Shown: positions 18,272 through 27,252, counted from the stretch's first letter. The stretch is 37,239 nt of DNA from a virus (IMGVR_UViG_3300010362_000055:1-37239), one strand, 5' to 3'. A program made the numbers and translations. Notes: generated by a model not told the origin, from the sequence alone.

Positions 18272-19153
18272 ATGACCCTGCTGGCGCCGCTGTGGGCGCA
18301 GAACTCCGCCTACCCAGCCGCCACCGACCGCCACCTGATCGGCGCCACCCTGGGCGCCGGGGTAGTGCGTTCAGGCGACCTGCTGGTCGGCCCCCGGGCG
18401 GCCGGCGCCGCCATGAGCGTGGACATCGCCCCCGGCGAGGTGGTGGTGCCATCGAGCATCGACCGGGGCGCCTACCTGTGCGTGTCCACCGCCATCGAGT
18501 CGGTCAGCATCGCCGCCGCCCCCGGCACCGGCCAGTCCCGCATCGACCTGATCTACGCCGAGGTGCGCGACTCCCAGGCCACCGGGGCGCCCGGCGGCTA
18601 CAGCGATTGGCACATGGACGTGGTGACCGGCACCCCCACCACCGGCACCCCCACCGTGCCGGCCGTGCCGGCCAACAGTGTGGCCCTGGCGCAGATCGCG
18701 GTGGCTGCCGGCACCGCCAGCATCACCGCTGGCCTCATCACCGACCGCCGCAACCTGTCGCCCCGCCAGCCGGTGCTGCCGTTCACCACCCGCACCAGCG
18801 CGGCGTCGGTGCCGGCCAGTTCCAGCGGCGGCATCGCCCCGCCTGCGTATCCCGGCTACTGGGACTTGACCACCAGCGTCACGCTGACGTTCCGCCGGGC
18901 GGGCCTGGTGTCGGTGAACCTGTTCGTGCAGCGCACCGGGGCCACCACCGACATGCGCGGCCGGCTCAACTACCCGGCGGCGAGCGTGGACCTGTACACC
19001 GTCAACAGTGGTGCCGGCGGCACCGCCCGCGGCGCCGTGTCCTGGCTGGGCCGCGTGGCCGTCAACGACACCATCGACTTCTACTGCACCAACCTGGTGA
19101 CCGGCCCCATCACCGTGCAGGTCGCCACGAACTGCGTGTGGCTCGGTGAGTGA
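18272..19153 (+). CDS. Minor tail/baseplate protein (possible receptor-binding protein)
   Basis: GGAG RBS. MSVDIAPG, SRIDLI, VVTGTP...PAVPANSVALAQI. Confidence 0.75.
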   Translation: MTLLAPLWAQNSAYPAATDRHLIGATLGAGVVRSGDLLVGPRAAGAAMSVDIAPGEVVVPSSIDRGAYLCVSTAIESVSIAAAPGTGQSRIDLIYAEVRDSQATGAPGGYSDWHMDVVTGTPTTGTPTVPAVPANSVALAQIAVAAGTASITAGLITDRRNLSPRQPVLPFTTRTSAASVPASSSGGIAPPAYPGYWDLTTSVTLTFRRAGLVSVNLFVQRTGATTDMRGRLNYPAASVDLYTVNSGAGGTARGAVSWLGRVAVNDTIDFYCTNLVTGPITVQVATNCVWLGE

Positions 19154-20283
19154 TCCCGCTCCCTGAACCGCTGGCCGCCGACCACGGGCGGACCGCGATC
19201 GCGCACAGCGACTGGGAGCTACAGCTGGTGGACGACGCCACCAACACGGCTGTGGCCGACCTGCGCCACGACGCCAGCGAGTTCAGCCTGACCGTGCGGT
19301 TGCGCGACCAAGGCGAGTGCAGCTTCCAGATCGACGGGCGCAGCGAGGTGGCCGCCCAGCTGCACGAACTGACCACCGATGTGGTCGTGTGGTACGGCGG
19401 CAACCCCATCAGCCGCCAGCGCATCACCAACTCCACCGACACCATCGACGCCGACAACCACCAGGTGGACGTGGCCGCCGTGGACTACCGGGGGCTGCTG
19501 GCCCGGCGCATCACCCGCCAGGCGTTGACGTTCGCCGGCACCCAGCAGCTAGACGACGTGGCCTGGCAGCTGATCGACCACACGCAGACCGCCAGCGTGG
19601 GCGGCAACTGGCGCATCACCCGGGGCCTCAACCCCACCACCGGCACCGTGACCGGCTGGACAGTGCCTGAGGCCAAGGCCATCGACGAGGCCATCGGTGA
19701 CCTGGTGGCCGTGTACCCCAGCTTCGACTGGGAGATCAACGGGCGCTTGCAGTTCGACGCCTGGTCGATGCGGGGCGCCAGCCGTGACTTCGCTTTGGAG
19801 TACGGCACCAACGTGACCGGCGTGCGCCGCGAGATGTCGAGCAGCAACTACGCCAACGCGGTGCGCACTTCCGGTGCCGAGGGCCTACCCGCCCAGTGGC
19901 GCCAAGCCAGCGACCTGGCCACCCGGGCCGAGGGCCGCATGGAGACCCAGGAAGGCAACCCCGACCTGGCCAACGCGACCGCCATCGGCCAGGCCGCCGA
20001 CGCCTACCTGTGGCGCCACGGCAGCCTGGCGCCCGGCTACACGTTCACGCTCACGCCCGGGGTGTGGTCACCCGCCGACCTGTGGCTGGGCGACCTGGCC
20101 ACCGTGGTGGTGCACAGCGGCCGGCTCGACGTGGTGTCGGTCGAGCGCGTCGAGCAGATCGACATCAAGGCCGACGCCGACGGCGGCAGCACCGTCGAGG
20201 TGTCGTTCGGGCACCTGCACGAAGACCTGGCCCACCAGCTGCGGGTGATGCCCCGCCAGCTGACCGACCTCAACCGCCGCTGA
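19150..20283 (+). CDS. Minor tail (baseplate hub, gp37-like) protein
   Basis: Position, size and the LEYGTNV...YANAV...LWLGD pattern. Confidence 0.75.
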   Translation: MIPLPEPLAADHGRTAIAHSDWELQLVDDATNTAVADLRHDASEFSLTVRLRDQGECSFQIDGRSEVAAQLHELTTDVVVWYGGNPISRQRITNSTDTIDADNHQVDVAAVDYRGLLARRITRQALTFAGTQQLDDVAWQLIDHTQTASVGGNWRITRGLNPTTGTVTGWTVPEAKAIDEAIGDLVAVYPSFDWEINGRLQFDAWSMRGASRDFALEYGTNVTGVRREMSSSNYANAVRTSGAEGLPAQWRQASDLATRAEGRMETQEGNPDLANATAIGQAADAYLWRHGSLAPGYTFTLTPGVWSPADLWLGDLATVVVHSGRLDVVSVERVEQIDIKADADGGSTVEVSFGHLHEDLAHQLRVMPRQLTDLNRR

Positions 20284-20314
20284 GGGCCGGGACGCTTGGA
20301 CGGCGCCCCAACCC

Positions 20315-20623
20315 TCAACCCAGGCCGCGCAGGAAGGCGTCGAAGTCGGAGCGCCTGAACATGCGCCGGTTGCCCACCATGAACGACGGCAACTCCCCGG
20401 AGCGGATGTACTCGTACACCTTGGCTTTGCCGACCCCCATGGCCGCGGCGACCTGCTTCACCGACAGCAACTCGTCGCTGAACGTGACCGTGGTCGTGGC
20501 CGGCGGGCGCCCATCGTCCGCCTGAGATAGCTCCACCACCCGCCGGGCCACCCGCTCGACCAGCACGTCCAGCGCGGCGGCCACGGCAGCCAGGTCGGGG
20601 TCCAGCCCCGGCGTGTTCCCCAT
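20315..20623 (-). CDS. Excisionase-family (HTH_17/MerR-like) DNA-binding protein
   Basis: LLSVKQVAAAMGVGKAKVYEYIRSGELPSFMVGNRRMFRRSDFDAFL. Confidence 0.88.
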   Translation of the reverse strand: MGNTPGLDPDLAAVAAALDVLVERVARRVVELSQADDGRPPATTTVTFSDELLSVKQVAAAMGVGKAKVYEYIRSGELPSFMVGNRRMFRRSDFDAFLRGLG

Positions 20624-20634
20624 CGGCTGGGGAG

Positions 20635-20686
20635 CCTACTTGAACGTCTCGCGCCCCTACTTGAACGTCTCGCGCCCCTACTTGAA
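20635..20686. repeat. 21-bp tandem repeat, about 2.5 copies
   Basis: CCTACTTGAACGTCTCGCGCC at 20635 and 20656, plus CCTACTTGAA at 20677. Confidence 0.95.
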
Positions 20687-20699
20687 AGGCGGTGCCCCC

Positions 20700-20915
20700 A
20701 TGCCCGACGACGACGACCTGCTCGACGGCATGTGCGACCTCGACTTCGACAACGGGCCACCCGTCAGCGACGAGGACGCCCCCTACGTGGCGCTGTTCTG
20801 CGACGTGCTCGACTGCGACGAACACGTGCGTGACCGCCAGGCGCTGGCCCATGAGGCCCAGGCGTGGCACACCCTGCTGCCCCACCACGCACGGGCGATG
20901 CTCGATGCCACGTGA
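20700..20915 (+). CDS. Small acidic hypothetical protein
   Basis: AAAGGCGGT RBS-like sequence, ATG at 20700 (MPDDDDLLDG...), overlaps the lysin start. Confidence 0.7.
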   Translation: MPDDDDLLDGMCDLDFDNGPPVSDEDAPYVALFCDVLDCDEHVRDRQALAHEAQAWHTLLPHHARAMLDAT

Positions 20916-21513
20916 CACCGGCCTCGCCAGCCGGCTGCGGGCTGCCGGCCTGCGTGTCGTGGAGTGCTCCGGCTGGCAGACCCGCGGCAGCAGCGACTTC
21001 TCGCCCCGGGGGAGCGTCAACCACCACACCGCTGGGCCGGCCTCGGGGGCCACGCCCTCGCTGAACACGTGCATCAACGGACGGCCCGACCTCGCCGGTC
21101 CGCTGTGCAACGTCATGCAGAGCCGCGAGCCAGACGGGCGGGACATCGCCTACGTGGTGGCCGCTGGCCGGGCCAACCACGCCGGCAGCGGCGGCTGGCG
21201 GGGCCTCAGCGGCAACTCGTCGGTGTGGGGGCTCGAGATCGAGCACACCGGGACCAGCCCGCTCTCCCAGGGACGCCAGCAGATCGCCGCGGCCATCCAC
21301 GCCGCCATGTTCGGCGGTGACGCAGCGTATGTGTGCCAACACTTTGAGTGGGCCCCGACCCGCAAGATCGACGCCGCGACCGGGGTGGACGGCAACGCGT
21401 TCCGGCAGATGGTGGCGGCCGGCGGGTCACCGCCCGTGCCACCCACGCCCGAGCCCCCGCCCTGGTTCCGCCCCTACATCCTCACGCCCATCGGCTACCA
21501 GAAGGCCGTCTAG
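20905..21513 (+). CDS. Endolysin, N-acetylmuramoyl-L-alanine amidase (Amidase_2)
   Basis: GWQTRG, NHHTAG, GRPDLAGPLCN, GRANHAG, GLEIE, HFEWAPTRKID. Confidence 0.92.
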   Translation: MPRDTGLASRLRAAGLRVVECSGWQTRGSSDFSPRGSVNHHTAGPASGATPSLNTCINGRPDLAGPLCNVMQSREPDGRDIAYVVAAGRANHAGSGGWRGLSGNSSVWGLEIEHTGTSPLSQGRQQIAAAIHAAMFGGDAAYVCQHFEWAPTRKIDAATGVDGNAFRQMVAAGGSPPVPPTPEPPPWFRPYILTPIGYQKAV

Positions 21514-21524
21514 GAGGCACCCCC

Positions 21525-21746
21525 ATGGCCACCGAGTACCCCTACCGCGTGCAGCACGTGTCGCACCAGTCGGTCATCTTCATGTGCTACGCCAACGGCG
21601 CTGTGCGCTGGATCGGCCCCGGCGAGAACGAAGCCGCCCGGGGTGGGCCGCTCATCAAGATCAGCGACGGCCCCGAGTACAACCGGCTCATCTGCGCGGC
21701 GTACGCCGTGATGGGCTTGGCCCCGCCCGAGAACAACCGACCCTGA
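21525..21746 (+). CDS. Small lysis-cassette protein (possible separate cell-wall-binding subunit)
   Basis: AGGAGG RBS, ATG at 21525. Confidence 0.7.
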   Translation: MATEYPYRVQHVSHQSVIFMCYANGAVRWIGPGENEAARGGPLIKISDGPEYNRLICAAYAVMGLAPPENNRP

Positions 21747-21755
21747 GAGGACGCC

Positions 21756-21914
21756 ATGAGCACCACCGAGCCTGAGGCCCCCAGCACCACCGAACCGGCC
21801 GAGCAGCCGGCCTGGGAACCAGTTGAGCCTGACGCTGAGCCGGCCGCGCCGGCCCCCGATGAGGGCGACGAGGACGAGGGCAGCGATGACGACGACACCG
21901 ACGACCCCGCCTAG
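21756..21914 (+). CDS. Very acidic 52-aa protein
   Basis: GAGAGGA RBS. MSTTEPEAP...DEGDEDEGSDDDDTDDPA*. Confidence 0.6.
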   Translation: MSTTEPEAPSTTEPAEQPAWEPVEPDAEPAAPAPDEGDEDEGSDDDDTDDPA

Positions 21915-21936
21915 GTACACGTCAGGCGCCAGCTGC

Positions 21937-22032
21937 GTGCCCCGCTGCCCCATCTGCAACACGGCATGGATCGCCTGCGGCCCCCATGAGCCGGCGCCCA
22001 CCCCCCCCGACGAGCCAGAGCCGCAGCCATGA
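21937..22032 (+). CDS. Cys-rich microprotein
   Basis: VPRCPICNTAWIACGPHE...; ATGA overlap with the next gene. Confidence 0.4.
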   Translation: MPRCPICNTAWIACGPHEPAPTPPDEPEPQP

Positions 22033-22391
22033 CGCTGTACCGGCTGGCGGCACGGCTGGCGCTCATCCTGGCGCTGGTCGCCACCGCCACCCTGCCCCGG
22101 GTGGACCAGAGCCCCGACAACTTCGAGTACGTGCTCACCGCCGCAGCGCTGGTGGTCGCGCTGGTCATGCTGGCCAGCCTGGCGAGCCGGCTCACCATGC
22201 CCCTGGGCCTGGTGGAGTTGGCCGCCGCCGTGGCCGTGGTGGTGTTCTGCGTGGACGGCGGCGAAAGCCTGCTCAGCCACGAGCAGCGCAACTGGTCGAT
22301 CGTGCGCACGGTGTGCTTCACCTTGGCGGCCGCGGTGGTGGCGCTCAGCGTGATGCTCGACCAGTACCGGCGGCGCCGGGGGCTGCCATGA
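22029..22391 (+). CDS. Four-TM membrane protein, holin candidate
   Basis: Four hydrophobic segments, basic C-terminus, located in the lysis cassette. Confidence 0.65.
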   Translation: MTLYRLAARLALILALVATATLPRVDQSPDNFEYVLTAAALVVALVMLASLASRLTMPLGLVELAAAVAVVVFCVDGGESLLSHEQRNWSIVRTVCFTLAAAVVALSVMLDQYRRRRGLP

Positions 22392-22621
22392 CCATCGAAC
22401 AGTTCATCGGCGCGCTGCTGGGCCTGGCGCTCATCGCCGTGGGCCGGCTCATCGACCAGTGGCTGCCCCCCACCGACCGGGCAGCGGCCGCCACGGCCCC
22501 CACCCCGCCGGCCCTAGCCGACGTGCAGGTGATCGAGCCAGCGGCCCCTGAGCCGCCGCCTGAGGCCCCGCAGCCGCCCGCCGACCCTGGCACCCCCGGC
22601 AACCCGCCCCAGGCGCCCTGA
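22388..22621 (+). CDS. Single-TM membrane protein with Pro-rich tail
   Basis: MTIEQFIGALLGLALIAVGRL...; ATGA overlap. Confidence 0.7.
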   Translation: MTIEQFIGALLGLALIAVGRLIDQWLPPTDRAAAATAPTPPALADVQVIEPAAPEPPPEAPQPPADPGTPGNPPQAP

Positions 22622-22804
22622 GCGGACCTGAGCGGCCCGTGAGCGACGGCTACCGTTGGTGGCCGGGCCGGCCAGCTGGTGGGGCCTGAGGGCAAGCGAC
22701 CAGCCGTCCCCAGCCGGCAGGGCTACCCCCACCCCCCGCCGGCCGGCCCACCTGGGCAGCTACCATCCCATCCAGGCTCACTCCTAGGGCCTGTGTTGCT
22801 TGCA

Positions 22805-22845
22805 GCTGAGGCCCCCGCCTGGCCACCCCGGGCGGGGGCCTCAGC
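22805..22845. terminator. Strong hairpin ending the late operon
   Basis: 18-bp stem GCTGAGGCCCCCGCCTGG / CCGGGCGGGGGCCTCAGC with one G-U pair. Confidence 0.7.
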
Positions 22846-22871
22846 GCGTCCGACGCCGTGACCAGGGGCTA

Positions 22872-22927
22872 CGCGTACACCGTAGACGCAAGTTGTGGCA
22901 CCACAACCTGTGCTGACGGTGTACGCG
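22872..22927. other. attP site of the serine integrase
   Basis: CGCGTACACCGT-N8-GTTGTGG-CA-CCACAAC-N8-ACGGTGTACGCG, symmetric about a central dinucleotide, immediately upstream of int. Confidence 0.8.
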
Positions 22928-22945
22928 GCCACTACACTGCGTGAC

Positions 22946-24538
22946 ATGGCAACACACAGCGCAACACAACCAGTCAGTGAGCCGACCGGCCCCAAACCGA
23001 AGCGGCACCTAACCCTAGTTCAGCACCCTGACGGGGTGGCCCTGCTCAACGAGACCGTTGACGTGATGTACGAAGGCCGCCGCCTGCACGACGTGCGCGA
23101 CCTGACGGGCGTGGTGGTCAACATCTACGCCCGCATCAGCCACGACAAGAAGAACGACGAGGCTGGGGTGGCCCGCCAGGTGCGGGAGTTGAGCGAGTGG
23201 GTGGTGCGCCGCGGCGGCACCGTGGGCAACGTCTACATCGACAACGACAAGAGCCTGGGCAGCCGCGGCAAGCGCCGCAACCCGCCCCGGCCCGAGTTCG
23301 ACCGCATGCTGGCCAACACCGGGCGGCCCGGCCAGCCCACCATGATCCTGGCCACGGAGACGCAGCGGTTCTACCGCTCACCCCGCCAGTTCGTGCAGCT
23401 GTGCGAGTACGCCGAGGACTGGGCTGGCAAGTTGGACATCGTGACCATCAAGGACCGCACCGACCTGACCACCCGGCAGGGCCGGCGCGCAGCGTGGGCC
23501 AAGGCTGACCACAACTTCGCGGAGTCAGAGGACACCAGGGAGCGGGTGGTGCTGTACAACCTGGACCTGGTGCGCCAAGGCGAGGTGCGCCGCACCCGGC
23601 GGGCCTTTGGCTGGCTCAACGAAGAGGATCACCACCCCCAGGAGGCCGCGCTGGTGGCCAAGGCCCTGCGCGATGTGGTGGCAGGCGTGCCCACGGGCGC
23701 CATCGCCAAGGAGTGGGAGGCAGCGGGTGTGGTCACCCCCTACTGGGACGTGGACACCAAGGGGCCGCTGTACTGGACCAACACCCGGGTGACGCTGACC
23801 ACCATCCTGAGCAACCCGCGGCATGCGGGGCACCAGGTGTACAAGCGCCAGGTGGTCAACCTGGGCCGGTTCAAGCCCATCGTGGAGCCCGAGGTGTGGG
23901 AGGCAGCGCAGGCGGTGCTGAAGAGCCGCCGCACCGGGACGCAGCGCCATGGCAACAGCGGCCGCCGCCCGCCCGGCCCGTTCACGGGCCTGCTGCGCTG
24001 CGGCAAGTGCGGCGACGAGCACAAGCTGACGCACACCATCAGCAACCGTGGCGTGCCCATGTGGAACCACGCCCGGCAAGGCTGCGGCCTCAGCATCCAC
24101 GCTCACATGGTTGAGCCGGTGTTGTGGCGGGTGGCGGTGGCGCGGGCCAGCACCCCCACGTTCTTGGCCGGGCTGAGTGAGGCCCCGGACGACGACGGCG
24201 CCCTGGCCGAACTTGAGCGGCTGCGTGTGCTGCGCGACGAGATCGAAGAGGACCGCCAGGCTGGCGCCATCACCCGGGACAGCGCCATCAGGCAGCTGGC
24301 GATCAACCAGCGGCTGACTGCTGACGCCGAGGCCCGTCTGGCCCGGGTGGCCCACGTGGACCCGACCAGGGCGTGGCTTGCGTCCAACACGCTGAGCGCC
24401 GATGGCGCTACCCTGCCCGGCCATATCCAGCGCAACGTTCTGTCGCTCGTCTACCACCTTGTGCGCGTACTGCCGGCCGCGCCGGGCCGGCTGGGCAGCG
24501 AGCGGCTGGACCCCATGTTCATCGAGGAAGTGCAGTGA
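22946..24538 (+). CDS. int: Large serine recombinase (integrase)
   Basis: IYARIS catalytic motif, VYIDND, RPEFDRML, ILSNPRHAG, zinc ribbon GLLRCGKCG, coiled coil. Confidence 0.95.
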   Translation: MATHSATQPVSEPTGPKPKRHLTLVQHPDGVALLNETVDVMYEGRRLHDVRDLTGVVVNIYARISHDKKNDEAGVARQVRELSEWVVRRGGTVGNVYIDNDKSLGSRGKRRNPPRPEFDRMLANTGRPGQPTMILATETQRFYRSPRQFVQLCEYAEDWAGKLDIVTIKDRTDLTTRQGRRAAWAKADHNFAESEDTRERVVLYNLDLVRQGEVRRTRRAFGWLNEEDHHPQEAALVAKALRDVVAGVPTGAIAKEWEAAGVVTPYWDVDTKGPLYWTNTRVTLTTILSNPRHAGHQVYKRQVVNLGRFKPIVEPEVWEAAQAVLKSRRTGTQRHGNSGRRPPGPFTGLLRCGKCGDEHKLTHTISNRGVPMWNHARQGCGLSIHAHMVEPVLWRVAVARASTPTFLAGLSEAPDDDGALAELERLRVLRDEIEEDRQAGAITRDSAIRQLAINQRLTADAEARLARVAHVDPTRAWLASNTLSADGATLPGHIQRNVLSLVYHLVRVLPAAPGRLGSERLDPMFIEEVQ

Positions 24539-24909
24539 TGCCGGTTGAGCACGTGGCCGACTACACGGCCCTGCTGGCCCCCCGGGCCACGCTCAGTGAG
24601 CCGTGGGCCAGGGGGCACAACGCGGTGGTCATCACCTACATGACCGAAGGGCCGTTCGACGTGCACGCCGCCGAGGCCGGCATCCTCGCGTTGGCCGAGG
24701 GCTTGCAGAGCTATGTGGACTGGCTACAGCACAGCCACGCCGACCCGCTGAGCGGCCGGCACCTGCACGACATGCTCGACGGCTTCCGGGGCCTACTGGG
24801 CTACAGCCTGGGCCGGCTCGACGCAGGCGTGCTCGACGCCTTCGCCACCCGGCTGGCTGAGCGGTGGGGCATCAACCCCGACACGGGCGAATGGGTGGGG
24901 GGCCAGTGA
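24538..24909 (+). CDS. Hypothetical protein
   Basis: TGATG coupling to int. GRLDAGVLDAF. Confidence 0.75.
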   Translation: MPVEHVADYTALLAPRATLSEPWARGHNAVVITYMTEGPFDVHAAEAGILALAEGLQSYVDWLQHSHADPLSGRHLHDMLDGFRGLLGYSLGRLDAGVLDAFATRLAERWGINPDTGEWVGGQ

Positions 24910-25187
24910 CGGTGCCTGCCCCCGAAACCCTGGGCGAGTTCCTGGCCCGGATGCGCGCTAAGCGCCTGGCCGACGGCCTGCCCGAAACGTTGCAGGACCC
25001 AGCAGTGCTGGCCCGGATCGCCGGCATCGTCCTGGGCTCCCCGCACGCGATGACGGCCCCGGGGTGGTGCCAGCGTTGCCGGCGCATCAGGCGGGTACGC
25101 GTGCAAGCGTGGGTGGGCAACACGGCAGTTGGCGTGTGCGCCAGCTGTGAGCAGCAGCAAGCAACAGAGCGAAAGGGAGAGCATTGA
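24906..25187 (+). CDS. Hypothetical protein with GLP..DPAVLARIA motif and CxxC...CxxC
   Basis: GTGA overlap. WCQRC...CASC. Confidence 0.7.
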   Translation: MTVPAPETLGEFLARMRAKRLADGLPETLQDPAVLARIAGIVLGSPHAMTAPGWCQRCRRIRRVRVQAWVGNTAVGVCASCEQQQATERKGEH

Positions 25188-26323
25188 GCATCAGCACCAA
25201 CGGCGCCGAGGCGCCAGAGCGCACAGCTGATGGCTGGTACGGCGCCACCGTGGCGGCCGCCCGGCTAGGCATCAACGGCCAGCAGCTGCGTGAACTACGC
25301 GACAGCGGCGGCCTACCCGACAGCAGCTGGCGCCGCATCACCGTGGGCAAGGCCAGGCACATCGAGTACAACCCGACGGTGATCGACAAGCTCGCCGTCG
25401 CCAACGCTGGGGAGAGCAGCAACGTGGCTGAGGAAGCAACCGCAGGCGTCAAGCACATCAGCAGTGATGTGCCGTTGGAACAGGTGGAACTAGAACCAGC
25501 CGCCATCGAGGCGCTGGCCGCCATTGGGAAGCTAGGCCCCGTGCGTGACGCCCAGGGCCGCGCCCGTGCAGTGCTGGTGGAGTTGATGCCCCGGGGTGCC
25601 AAGTACAACCCGAGCACCATCAGCACCGGCACCCGGGTGCTGGCCGAGTACGGCCTCATCAACCGCGACACCCAGGCGAAGCGCACCTACGAGTACCGCA
25701 TCAGCGCCCGGGGCCGGCGGTGGCTGGCCGCCAACCGCGACCACCTGCCGCACGTGCCTGACCCGCGGGCCGTCACCACTACAGCTGAGCCGGCGCCGCC
25801 GCCTGAGCCTGAGGCCACAGCTGAGGCCATCACCCAGGCGCTGGCCCCTGAGCCGGCCCCTGAGGCCCCGGCGGTTGAGCCTGCGCCGGCCCCTGAGGCC
25901 CCCCAGGCCGGACCTGACGCCCTGCCGGCGCCAGCTGAGGCCCCCCGGGCCACCAACACGCTGGCGGCCCCACAGCTGCCCGTGGGGCTGGCTGAGCCGG
26001 TGGTTGACCCCGGCGCCATCGCGGCGGCGCTGCTGCGCCAGACCGTGCGGGTACTCAACGACAGTGACGTGGCCACCCTCACCGCCGAGCGTGACGCCTT
26101 GGCGGCCCACAACGCCACGTTGGTCAGCCACGTGCGGTCGCTCACTGAACGCACGCACGACGCCGAAGCCCAGTTGCGCGAGGCCCAGGCGGTACTGCAC
26201 AGCATCGAAGCGCAACTGACCCCCATGTTGACGGGCCAGGCCCAGGGCCTTGGCTGGCTAGACGCCAAGACCCGCACGGACCTGCTGGCCCTCGTCCAGA
26301 AGGCGGCCGAATGGGCACGATGA
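25184..26323 (+). CDS. Multi-domain DNA-binding-like protein (HTH, winged-helix-like, Pro/Ala linker, coiled coil)
   Basis: GGGAG RBS with TTG. AAARLGINGQQLREL; LAEYGLINRDTQAKRTYEYRISARGR; heptad region. Confidence 0.7.
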   Translation: MSISTNGAEAPERTADGWYGATVAAARLGINGQQLRELRDSGGLPDSSWRRITVGKARHIEYNPTVIDKLAVANAGESSNVAEEATAGVKHISSDVPLEQVELEPAAIEALAAIGKLGPVRDAQGRARAVLVELMPRGAKYNPSTISTGTRVLAEYGLINRDTQAKRTYEYRISARGRRWLAANRDHLPHVPDPRAVTTTAEPAPPPEPEATAEAITQALAPEPAPEAPAVEPAPAPEAPQAGPDALPAPAEAPRATNTLAAPQLPVGLAEPVVDPGAIAAALLRQTVRVLNDSDVATLTAERDALAAHNATLVSHVRSLTERTHDAEAQLREAQAVLHSIEAQLTPMLTGQAQGLGWLDAKTRTDLLALVQKAAEWAR

Positions 26324-26646
26324 CCACCACCATCGACCAGGTGATGACCCACCACGACTACGTGCGCTGCCGCACGTTCGGCCACGCCTGGGAAGAGCAG
26401 CCGGTCATGCAACCCGACGACTGGGGCCGCCCCCAGTTCTGGCTGCGGTGCACGCGGTGCACCACCATGCGCCGCGACGTGTTCGACGCCCGCAGCGGCA
26501 GCCTTGAGGGCCGGGCCTACGACTACCCCGAGGAGTACCGGCTGGCGGGCGACCAGCTGCCGACCCGGGACGAGTTCCGGCTCAAGCTGTTGAGCATCGC
26601 CAGCGACCTGGCTGACCGGCGGGCACGCCGCCGGCAGGTGTCGTGA
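26320..26646 (+). CDS. Hypothetical zinc-binding protein
   Basis: CRTFGHAW...LRCTRC...YDYPEEY; ATGA overlap. Confidence 0.75.
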   Translation: MTTTIDQVMTHHDYVRCRTFGHAWEEQPVMQPDDWGRPQFWLRCTRCTTMRRDVFDARSGSLEGRAYDYPEEYRLAGDQLPTRDEFRLKLLSIASDLADRRARRRQVS

Positions 26647-26792
26647 TGTGGGCCAACGCCATGGTGTGCGATGACTGCTGGGCGCGCGCCGTGGAGTGGG
26701 CGCCCGTGCGGGTGACCGACGTGGAACCGCGCCCGTGCTACAGCTGCGGCCGCATCACGGCGTCGGGCATCTTCGTGCGGGTGCGGCGGTGA
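26646..26792 (+). CDS. 48-aa zinc-ribbon microprotein
   Basis: MWANAMVCDDCW...CYSCG; coupled at both ends. Not in the ORF track. Confidence 0.7.
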   Translation: MWANAMVCDDCWARAVEWAPVRVTDVEPRPCYSCGRITASGIFVRVRR

Positions 26793-27019
26793 CCCCCCGC
26801 AGCTACTGCCGGCACACCATCACCGACAACCACGGCCACGACGTGACGTGCCGGCGCGGCCTGGCGCACGACGGCGACCACACGGCCTGGTCACCTGACC
26901 GCAGCCGCATCGAATGGGACAGCAGCGGCATGGTGCTGGCCAACGTGGGCACCTTCCACCCGTACCGCCGGTTCAAGCCGGGCCGGCGGTACGTGATCGT
27001 GGCCGAGCCGAAGCGATGA
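26789..27019 (+). CDS. Hypothetical C/H-rich protein
   Basis: YC...TCRRGLAHDGDH; GTGA overlap. Confidence 0.65.
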   Translation: MTPRSYCRHTITDNHGHDVTCRRGLAHDGDHTAWSPDRSRIEWDSSGMVLANVGTFHPYRRFKPGRRYVIVAEPKR

Positions 27020-27252
27020 TGCGGGTGACGGTGGAGGTGACCGGCCCCGGTGGCCGCATGGAGACGCTGCACGTGCTGCACGTCACCAACCGGGGGCCGG
27101 CCCACCCCAATGAGCCGGCCAGCGACGTGCGGGTGTACACGGTCGAGCAGGCCCACCCGGCTAGCGCCGTGGTGCGCAGCGTGTACCACGCCCGCAGCGA
27201 CGGCGCCCTGGTGCTGGCGGCGCTGGCGGCCCGCACGGCGGTTGAGCGGTGA
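27016..27252 (+). CDS. Hypothetical protein
   Basis: MMRVTVEV...HARSDGALVLAA; coupled overlaps. Confidence 0.7.
   Translation: MMRVTVEVTGPGGRMETLHVLHVTNRGPAHPNEPASDVRVYTVEQAHPASAVVRSVYHARSDGALVLAALAARTAVER

Noticed and set aside
20635-20686. CRISPR-like or mini-array interpretation
   Set aside because: Repeats are contiguous with no spacers, and there is no cas operon. The Cas4-like gene sits in a normal phage recombination context.
25780-25950. Recurrent CCTGAGGCC/GCTGAG motif as a regulatory repeat
   Set aside because: Explained by Pro/Ala-Glu-Ala/Pro linker coding.
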